This document shows positions 52,634-64,000 of a stretch of 64,000 bases of DNA, piece after piece. The notes beneath the pieces were generated by a model, which searched no databases, was not told the DNA's origin, and saw nothing but the letters and a program-made list of their open reading frames with translations. The translations under genes and the position numbers were made by a program. The stretch is from Epiperipatus broadwayi (lineage: Eukaryota; Animalia; Onychophora): positions 12,772,001 to 12,836,000 of the forward strand of contig JAQFVV010000001.1 of assembly GCA_028023455.1 (NCBI GenBank), given 5' to 3'. The stretch's first letter is position 1, and each line of letters opens with the position of its first letter.

Positions 52634-53133
52634 ATATTGTAATGGAATGGGTCTTGACCTTGCATAACAATAGACTTGATGGGTCATCAACGTGGATGAG
52701 AAAGTGTATCTAGGATTCCTAAATTTACAAACTCATATCTACTCCAATCTCACTCCTAGGAGATGATGTATTAGCACCTGAACATACATTTAAAATCTAC
52801 ATGTATATTCATCTCTTTTCTCCATCTTTAACTTCTATTTATCCCAGAATTCGAACTTAGGGAGAATATGCACAATATCTATTTCAGGGAATATTAATAT
52901 TACTATCTTTATTGTGTGAGCATGTGATAAATTGATAATTGAATAAAGAAAAATACAATTGACAGTTTTTAATTTGAAATAATATGTTTAACAAATTTAT
53001 TCACAATGATCAGTATGGTTAATATTTATTAATCCAATCCCTTTTTTCCTCTCAAAGAGTAATCATTCAGTATCAATAGTACATCAACAGAGCAGCCGCT
53101 ACTCCTCCAGCGGAAGTAAAAACAGTTTTATCA

Positions 53134-54931
53134 TTGGGACCTAAATTTGTTGGAGGGCAATGGAAACTCCCAAAACTGGAGTTAATCACAGACACAGAAA
53201 CAAGTATTTTAAACAATCCTCAGAGAGAGAACATTATTTCCGATATTACTAAATCTATACGACATAAACAAATGTATGTGAGATTTGACAGCTGGAATAA
53301 CAACATTAAAAAGACCAAACACTTCTTAGAAAATAACAACATTATATGTATTAAAGAAGACAAAGGCAACATGTTCGTGCTCTTAGATTATAAGGATTAT
53401 AAAGAAAGAATGACGACTCAAATCATAAAGTTAAAATTTAATTCGGTGGAAAATTTTAACAAGCTTAATAGAGAGAAATTTATCATCTCACTTCTCAGAG
53501 CTTACAAAGGCAAAGGTATATCTAGAGCAGAATATTACCGAATTTATCCATCTGCCACCAGGCCACCAAGGATGTTTGCCAACTCAAAGCTACATAAACC
53601 TGGCGAGCCTTTAAGACTAATGCTAGATTTTGGAAGAGTGCATTACTTTGAAACAGCTAAGCTGGTAAACCAATGGTTGGTTGATAGTGTAGGTTTTGGC
53701 GATTTCACAATTAAGTCTTCCTTCAAGTTCGTTAGAAAAATTAAAAATACATTAATAGACCAAGATCTTAAAATTGCAGCCATGGATGTGACAGAATTAT
53801 ACGGATCGATTAACAGGAAGTGGTCGATCGACATCGTTCATAAAGAATTAATAAGTAATCATTATCCAAATGAGCGCATGAACTTTATATTGACTTTCCT
53901 TAATTGGTTAGACAATAACATTTTTACAACTTTTGAGGATGGATGGTATATGAGAGATGGTTGGCCGATGGGTCTTCCCTTAAGTGGGGTAATTTCTAGC
54001 ATATTTTTAAACTTCTTTGAAAAGCAAGTCAACTAAATACCTTTCTAACACTTTTGGATTAATATACTCATGTTATGTGGGTGATGTGTTCATTTTAGCT
54101 CCAAAAGATGTAATCATGATCATTAAAAATGAATTACAGCTGCAAACTAAATTAATCATAAACACCACCTGGGAGAATGAATGGCAGAAACTAAAATATT
54201 TGGATTTTTTTGTCCCTAGAGAAGTCAGAGCTCTGCATTATTGCATGATTGTTAAGCCTCTTGAAATCAGAGGTTTCACCCACCCGAACTCCACATACAT
54301 CACATAAATTTGCAGGTTTAAATGTGTTTTTATTTAGGAATCAAAATTTGTGTAAATTCGAGGCTGATAGGAAGACTAATATTGCAGGTTATATAAGGAT
54401 TTATTAAGCTTCGGCTTCAGCTACAGATTAAATACTAAGAAAATTTATCAATTTTATAAAAAATCAATAACTAACCACATAATTAACGATAAACCTCAAC
54501 AATTTATAGACTTTAGCTAATAAATTTAAAGTCAGCTTCCACACTCCCCCTAATACTAACAGACTTATTAATAATGCAAAGGACAGATGGATCCATCTCA
54601 GGCATCCTAGGTTGTATATAGCATTTCATGCCCTCAGGCTGGATGCAGTACCACATACTAAGGGGAAACCAAGGCCACTATCCATAGCAGAGCTGCTCAG
54701 CACATGTATACATACAGAAGAGCAAAAAAGAATAATGATAACATCTCAATATTTTTCGAACATGAGAAGCAGGCCGGTCATGTGTTTGAACCCTGCAACC
54801 CCAAAATAGTGTGCTCTGAAGCCAATGATTGTAAAAGAAAGATCAAGGAGGCGTATTTTATTATCAATGATAACAACACGATCAATAGACATGAGACATG
54901 TTTTGCTATTTCAAGAAAATGGACAAATTAA
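53134..54931 (+). pseudogene. PLE RT + GIY-YIG ORF (interrupted)
   Basis: ORF-track frames 53134-54036, 54017-54307 and 54704-54931, plus the manually read GIY-YIG motif at ~54611-54690. Confidence 0.9.
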
Positions 54932-54996
54932 TTTACATATGCATTTGCATACATTATTATTTAGTGATATTACAGCAATGGTTTATAATCTATTTT

Positions 54997-55035
54997 GGCC
55001 ATGAATATGAGGGAAAACCTCGAAAGTACTAGGCC
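54997..55035 (+). ncRNA. Degenerate type I hammerhead (family D)
   Basis: ggcc-aTGAAtA-tGAGG gaaaa CCTC-GAA-AGTACT-A-ggcc. Stems intact; two core substitutions relative to CUGAAGA. Confidence 0.6.
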
Positions 55036-55399
55036 TAGATTAATTTAATTTAATTGTTTTTTTTTTAATACTGACAGCTTCTTCCGCATGTTAAAGTGCT
55101 TATATATACTGATAAAAAGTTTTAAAACTTGTTATTATTTATATATATACTTGCTTGCTAATTTAGACTTTAATAAAATCATAATTCATTGTCTCCAACA
55201 TATTTATTGATTAATTCATATTAACATGTGGTGGTGAACCAGGTGCCCCTCCCTTCCTGTAATGATTTGTTTCTATAATGATTGAAAAGACCATTCATGC
55301 TAGAAAATTTTAATCATATATACTGAACAACAAATAAATGACAAAATTATTAGTATCAACAAACAAGTACCAATAACAGTGTAACTGTACAAGTGTTGG

Positions 55400-56100
55400 T
55401 ATTTAATGTGGGAAATATTATACGTCTTACCTCTTCCTAGTGATGATCAAGTTCATCTGCAAGCAAGTTCATGATTTTATTTCAATTTAAAATTAAGTTA
55501 ATAGTATTTTCCCCCTTTCTAGTATATCAATCATTTATATCCCCATCAACCTATGGTGAAGGAAAGAAAAAAACATAGATACATAAAAGTTATTATATGA
55601 TATCAACCTAAAATAAATCAAGAGTCCATAAAGGAAAATGTCCCAAAAGAATTATGGGTGTTCTTATTTCTACAGTTCATGATCCAATGGATTGGGTTTG
55701 AATGTTTTAGAATGTTCACAATGGTGATCTAAACTTCCCTCCTTTATATAGGATGCCTTGAGTTGTTATGTTTACCCCTTCACATCTAAGTAGTAAAGGT
55801 GGTAGTGTCTTCAGCATAGGTGGATAGATGCTGTTTCAAGTCAAATCCAGTTTTTGTGGTAACAGCTCCATGAGTGATGCATATCTTCCCATGACACAAC
55901 TTTATATTTTGAAGTGCATAGTTATATGTTACTCCATATATGTGGATGATCAATGACTGAATTTGATGAATAGCTAGATATTGGTTATTGGGGATATCAA
56001 ATTGGAGTTAGTATAACTCTCCGACTAAAGACTGAAAATATTATTGAAAATATCGAATAAATATTTAAAGCTATTTCTGGGATTTGTAATTTAAAATCTC
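55400..56100 (-). pseudogene. Possible decayed LINE endonuclease region
   Basis: Minus strand FDLKQHLSTYAEDTTTF...NPLDHEL, loosely like APE motifs. Confidence 0.25.
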
Positions 56101-56526
56101 TTAGTTTACTGGGTTTAAATTTATATGCTTTTATTCTAGCTTTTATCCGTATTCAATGAGATATTCTTGTTTAAAGTTTTTACTTTGATGGCTGCAGATC
56201 TTTTTCTTCAAATGACAAGTTATACATGTTGTTTAGTCAATGAGAGATTTTGATCTGATTTTTGAAAAGAAAATCGTTTGTATATATATATATTGCCTAT
56301 TACCAAAATGAGATTGTTCTTTTTTAAGTGTTGATTTGACTCCTTTTAAATAGCAAGTTCGAGTTCATGCACTGAGTTAATTATTTACATAATGTGTTAT
56401 TATATATATATATATGATGAATTAATAATAAAAATTTATTTATTATTTCCTTCCTTTATGTTTTGTGATTTTCTTACTTGCATCTAAATTTGATCAACTT
56501 TTTCTTATATTGTTGTAATAGGTGTA

Positions 56527-57626
56527 CACCTGGGTCTCGTTTTACGCGATAGATAGGTTCCTCAGAAAACACGCGCAAATGATGCAAAAATAGACGTAAC
56601 TTAGATTGAAAAAGGGGGAATGCAGTCTGTGATTTTTCAAAATTCATGTAAAAGCAAAGCACCAATGTAAAATTACTTTAAAATTCGTGCAAAAAAAAAA
56701 TAAGGAAATAAAATATGACTAATAAAAAATTTCAAATTTGAAAAAAACTGATACAAGACAAACTTTTTTTAACTATAATATTTAATTTTATTCAAAATAA
56801 TATATTTTTATGCATAATTTACAGTACAGTAATTTAAATTTTTTTATACACATTTTAATTAATATCGCTATTTGCCGAAAAAACACGTTCATTTGCAAAC
56901 TGGTAAAAAATCAAATTTTTCATAAGAGGAAATACAATTAGCACCAACTTCACACTCATGTTGTGTCAATGGTTTTCTGGTGACAACGTAATTAGTAATT
57001 AATCTTTGAGATGATGATTTTATTAATTGTTTATGAAACTAACAACTAAAAATTAAATTCTTATTTTTGTTTTTAATTTTTTAATTTTCAATTCCGTTTA
57101 AAAATCAAATTTCACATTAATTTCAAGTAAGTAATTTTTAAATTGTTAATTACAATTAAAAATCAGATTTTAATTTTTAATTGTCAAATTTAATTGTGAC
57201 CACTGCTATTACTCACCTTTTAAAAATAAACTTGTGGACACTAAATGATTAATAATTGATTACGTTCTTTTTTAAAAAGCAAAAACAGAATGTGATTTAA
57301 AATGCAAAATTAACACGCACAATGTTTGAACAAATTTACATTATAATCTTGTAAAATTTAATGTGTGTATACATAAAATGTGGAAATCATGATTTTAATT
57401 TCATTATTGCATAAAATCTTACTATTATAAAGCACTGAAAATATTGAAATTACTAAGATGAAAGTCGAATTCCAATAATATGCTATTACTTTCAATATAA
57501 TGTAAGTGTGCGAAATTTATTATTTAAAGTAATAGTGCATTATCGGAGTTCGACTTCTGGTGAAACATGAATCGCGTAACTTCAAAATCATGTTAAATAA
57601 GTCCGCCGTAAAAAGAGACCCAGGTG
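56527..57626. mobile_element. Non-autonomous Tc1/mariner-pogo-like DNA transposon (MITE), 1100 bp
   Basis: TIRs CACCTGGGTCTC(G/T)TTTTACG; TA on both flanks (56525-56526, 57627-57628); no transposase ORF. Confidence 0.85.
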
Positions 57627-58129
57627 TATATTAAACAATATTAACGAGAGGTTTTTATTGTAAAGATAAGTATCAATATTTAAGTTTTACAGTTTAGTTT
57701 GGATTATATCTTTTATCACACTTTTGTTTAATATTTAATTATAGAAAAATTAAATATAGCTACAATGCTTGTGAATATTTTCATCTTTCTGGAATATGTT
57801 TTATCTGGATTACATTCTCTTTATACATATAGCTTACTTTATATTATATGTAGAGAATGTTGTTATTGTGGGTATTGGTGTTGAAATAGATAAGGGTGTT
57901 TAATAGTTCTTGGTGAGTGTAAGACCACTACATATTATAAATGATATTTCACAGTTAAAGTACATCACCCATATAAAAAGTAATTCAATTTAATTATTGT
58001 ATGGAAATAAGACTTAGATGATCTACTTACATAACATAAAAGGAATTGGAAAAATTTCATTTAAGACTATTTCTTAAAATTTTAAAATATAGTGGAAGAT
58101 ACACTAATGATAACACAAAATTGAGAATG

Positions 58130-58400
58130 ACACGAGCTATGAATATGGGAGCAAATATGCCTGGAAACCAGAATAAAACAATTAAAATATAGCTTCACTG
58201 GTGTGCGTTTGAAGCACAGTATAATAATAATAATGGAAGATCATAAGACTAACTAATATGTTTTTTAACTTACTGGATATAATATTGTAGAGTCCACTAT
58301 TATAAAATCAAATTTTGGTGAATCGGATAGATGAAATGAATCAGGAATACAATAGTTTCTAAAAATATATCTATGGGAAGTATGGAAAAAAAAGAGAATA
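58130..58400 (+). pseudogene. Possible RTE C-terminal remnant
   Basis: IKQLKYSFTG...VNRIDEM echoes LKW.WAGH...RW.D.I. Confidence 0.3.
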
Positions 58401-59735
58401 CTTTAAAGTGATGCAATTAGACATGGTATTGAAATATTTCAGAAAAAAATTTGCTGCTGAAGAAGTTAAAAGTCAGCTTTATAAAATATCAAAGAAATAA
58501 AATAATAAATCAGCATGATCTGTATGTGGATGTGTTGGATTGTATAGTCATTGCAAAACTCATCTCTAGTGTTTTATTATTGATGTTGTTGTCATTGTTA
58601 TTATTATTACTGTTTCAAAATGGAACTTTATTGAACTAAAGAAATTATACATTGATTATTATACACATACATATGTTTGCATGCTGGTCATTGAATGTTT
58701 ATGAATGAGCTTAGTTGATGTATAAAACTATATAGAACAAGAAGGGAGGGTTACAATTTTTATAAGAAACATATAATCAGGTATTTAAAGCTCAGTATGA
58801 TATTTTGATTACATAGATTTATGCAAGTTGCATATGTACATAAATTTAAATATAATGATATGGATAAAACATTTAACAACAGAACAAGTTTGAATTTGTG
58901 ATAAAGAAAATTTATTTAAAGCTGAGCGCTTTCAATACTGAGAAGTATCATAATCATAGCATAATATGATTAAAAGAAGTTGAGATCTAAATTTAAAGTC
59001 ATATCTGAATATTAAAGAATAGATTATCATAAAGTTGAATTTTTAAGAGTAGATTTATATGCTAATGATGAAACTGGAAAGCTACAAATGCCATTTTTTA
59101 CAAAGAGGAATGCTATAGTCCCTTTTATTGATGGTGTTATTATCTTTAGCTATTGATCATGCCTCCTTCACCTTTTTTTTTCTATTAACTCTCTTAGGTC
59201 AAATGATATCAGCCATAGATAGTTCAAAGTTGTGTCATAACTGCAATTCATGATCCAAGAAAATGGTAAGAATATTCATTGCTTTTCTTGGTTTGGTTGT
59301 GTAGATAATTATTCTGGGGCAGTCTTGAAGATAAGTTAGCTCAGGTTTCACCATAATAAGCCTTTGGGCAATTAGGATCTTAGCAATTAATTTTGTATTG
59401 AATTTGATATAAAGCCTCTATAGTTATGTTGTCTTTTGGATTATTTTATAATTAATTTAAAGATGGAGGCGAATGAAAATTAATATTGTATTTATTGGTA
59501 CAAATAAATTTAAATGAAAAGTTATACATTAGTTTACTGTTTAGTATTAAATAATTACATATGCATATGTTACAAAGAAACTTTTTTTTTACAAAAAGAT
59601 TTTTTGGTATAGTCTATACTATGGTATGATTGATGTCTTATGTAGTTGCTATGTTGCATTGAGTTCATATAGATGTATCTTGTTTTTTTGTGTGTTTTTA
59701 AATCAAATTCATTTATATTATTGGGTTTTTTTTTT

Positions 59736-59825
59736 CCATATGTCATAGCATCGGCTGGGAGGCGAACCCACAACCATCTGCAACCAACTACTTGCTTGCA
59801 AGGCGGTTGCGATAACCCCTCGACT
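59736..59825 (-). mobile_element. tRNA-Gly-derived SINE copy, 5'-truncated
   Basis: Minus strand gtcgaggggttatcg...ccttgcaagc...gggttcgcctcccagccgatgctatgacatatgg+(A)n matches 40843-40940. Confidence 0.7.
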
Positions 59826-60392
59826 AATTATAAATCTTGGTATTTGTTCTATTGTTTAAAATTTGCAAGCCTGTTTTTGTTGCACTTGCATAAGGTTTTG
59901 TGGAGATTAAAGTTTTGGTTATCATTGAAATTTTTTGATCATCTACTTTGGTCAACCGATATGGTGGCCATCATGTTTTTTGATTTCAATGATGTTAAAT
60001 TTTTTGTTTGCTGAAAAATTCCTGATTTGAATCTTCACATAAAAGCTTCATAACACAGTCCAACTTTGTTTGTTGATTTAAAATTTCTGAGTTTAAACTT
60101 AGAATATTTGCTTTTGGATATTATTTAATCTTTGTCTTGACAACAAGCAGTAGCAAGGTGGGTAGATGCTATGCTGCTTGATTTTATCATTGGAAAATTT
60201 ATTAATTTTATGAAACATTTGTGTAAACAATAAAAGACTCACAGAAAACTTATTTTAGATTGCTCAGTTTTGTTTGTTACCTATATATACATGATTTTTC
60301 ATTTGAGAAATGTTAGTTTTGCAGTTTTTCATGATATAAACCCAGTAATCTTTGTCTTGACAACCTGCAGTAATAAGGTTTGCTGCAGAATT

Positions 60393-61800
<1,408 letters not shown>

Positions 61801-61869
61801 GGCCTTTGAAAGGGAGGTTATGAGTGGTGAAGGGTTTCTTCCATTAAATTTAGTTTCATTTCATAATAA

Positions 61870-63470
61870 GTGGCTTGCAACACTCATCAATTTATGTTTT
61901 TATTCACTAATGCTTCATCATCTGATCAAAATAACTCTAAATACTTCTCTATTCTCTGATCACTCAGCACAGGCACTTACTCTAATTCTGACAGGTATAC
62001 AAACAACTAAAGAACAATGTATATACTGCTACCTACATTTACCACAGAATTTTTGTTTTCGGAAACATATATGTTACGAAAACTGGATGCCATCATACTT
62101 GATACAATCCAAAAGTACTTAGCATTCATCAACTTACTCTCATTCAACATTGATCATTTATCACACAACCCCCTTACCCCATCCTCTTATCTTCTAGCAA
62201 TAGCAGATGAATACACAGGCACATCACCACAAGGCTCTCAACAGAATATATATATATAAATATACACAAAAATATATCATAATACATACAATAAACTTAA
62301 AGAATATCTAACTGCAAAAAAGAGGAAAGTTCCCATCAGTCAACCTTATACATGGTCTAGAGATTACATTTGTTGGGACCTCGGATATCCCCCCACATTG
62401 AGAGACCCCATTGCAATACAAGCTGAAGGAGTCACATATGCTGGCCAAAACATGATACAGTCTATTTTTCATCACTTTAAGAAAAAACTTCAGGAACAAC
62501 AAGTCTTCACACTATAACATGACGATTTTGGACCACCAGAAATAGACACTCCATTTAATCCAGGGCAGTTTCAACACATGTCATTGTGGAACCAACAACA
62601 TTCCTAAGTTTGTTTTTTCACACTTGAGCCAATTTACTATCTATCCAATTATTTATCCCGGAAAATTTACAATATCAAAGAACTAAATACTACAGCTATC
62701 ATACCTTTTAATAAAAAAACCAGCTCCCATATCAACACTTACCAACCGTCAACCTATTTCTATGGCGCCATTAAGCATTAAGATCCTAGAAAAGGTCATA
62801 AAAGATCAATTTGAACCACACATACTTCCACTAATCTCACTTTTCCAGTTTGCTATAATAGGGTCAACTATTAGACAAACCGCACTACTTTTCCAAGACA
62901 ATCATGAATGCAGTACAAAAACAGTAAAAGTATGTGCACCAATTTCTGTTCAATTAGATACTGTGGCAGCCTTAGATTCAGTGCAAATCAAAATACTACT
63001 AGACAAACTAGATAACATCACCATCCCTCCTACCATACTCTATATAATTGCTAATCTTTTACTTAATAAAGAGATTCATATCACACTTAATGATAGAAAA
63101 CAGCCAGCATTCACATCCATGCACACAAGACTCACTTCTAAGTTTGCTCCTGTTCACCTTTTTTATTGATCCTCATAAGAAAAATTCAACAGAAATTACT
63201 GGGAATTTAAATCCCACACACTCAACAGTATATTCCATACATAACATACATGGATGACATCACTATCTTTCTTAAATCTCACAAACTGTTTCTAATATTG
63301 CAAAAGTTACTTTAAGAATATATTTCTAATTTAATAAAATAGCCACCTGGTTTATATATACAAACAAGTCTTATACAAAAATCTTTCAAGGCAAACCTAC
63401 TACTTTTCTTGGCTTTCCATTTTTCATGGGGACTAATGCAATAAGACAAAGCATGCAAAACAAACTACAA
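61870..63470 (+). pseudogene. Decayed non-LTR ORF2 (APE C-terminus, linker, RT)
   Basis: TSLFSDHSAQ (APE); HCGTNNIPKF; IIPFNKK..TYQP; KILEKVIK; LDTVAALDSV; TQDSLLSLLLFTFFID; YMDDIT. Confidence 0.8.
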
Positions 63471-63483
63471 GAAACTGCAACAA

Positions 63484-64000
63484 AATATTATTATTATTAT
63501 CACCATCATCACCATTGTTGTTATGATTATGTTTCAAAAAGGAACTTGATTTAAGATTAAAATTTTACATTGGTTATATCCGTATACATATGTTTACATT
63601 GGTGAACATAATAATTATATGTACAAGTTTGATGTATATAATTACATAAATTAAAGGGGTTTACAGTTATGAAACAGGTCATAATTTAGATTGTTCAAAT
63701 GCTTTACATTATTATAATTACATAGCTTTAGGTTAGGGTTTATAATAACATTGACTTGATTGATGTTTGTATATACATAGTTACATATATATAATTTACA
63801 ATTTTTAAATTACACATGTATTTTGGTGAGGTTTATGACTAGATTAACATTGGTGTCATGTGGCTGCTAATAGTTCTTATTAGCAAACTTTTGTATGCTT
63901 ATATTTGGGATTGTTGCTTAATTATTCATTGCTTGTGAGACTTGATAAAAGGGCAATTTATAGACTACAAACTGTTTTAAGAAGTATAAATTAAATGTCT
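63484..64000 (-). mobile_element. 3' end of a second copy of the (AAT)n-tailed LINE, truncated by the window edge
   Basis: Decayed trinucleotide tail, then tatgtttcaaaaa...ttacatt as at 60521-60570. Confidence 0.5.

Larger units (their letters stand above)
52650..55060 (+). mobile_element. Near full-length Penelope-like element (family D), defective; 5' boundary approximate
   Basis: VLSLGPKF, ATRPPRMFANSKLHKP, AMDVTELY, GWPMGLPLSGVISSIFL, YVGDVF, VVYSISC...Y*GET, KRKIKEAYFI. Stops and frameshifts after 54036. Confidence 0.92.

Noticed and set aside
60126-60380. Duplicated segment reading (L/I)TA(G/C)CQDKD, reminiscent of a WD40 repeat
   Set aside because: One copy has a stop, and neighbouring frames look like LINE C-terminal remnants (FKSTNKVGLCYEA). 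No gene context.

Overview
Very AT-rich eukaryotic (probably invertebrate animal) non-genic DNA. I found no supportable host gene; the recognisable content is mobile elements. These are: a full-length but frameshifted Ty3/gypsy LTR retrotransposon (10832-18202, minus; ~1.5 kb LTRs; inserted in an (AT)n run); a near full-length Penelope-like element (PLE; RT + GIY-YIG, ~52650-55060) and several PLE fragments; decayed RTE and I/Jockey-like LINEs; a decayed hAT transposon; a TA-flanked MITE; and a short tRNA-Gly-derived SINE family. The most striking signal is a recurring architecture. Small insertions, several carrying minimal type I hammerhead ribozymes (four sequence families, A-D), are head-to-head palindromes with an element 3' end facing outward on both sides. 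Five are bracketed by exact 12-13 bp direct repeats (12,12,12,12,13 bp). A 2.25 kb PLE palindrome has the same geometry. All alignments were made by eye, so coordinates of decayed elements are approximate.
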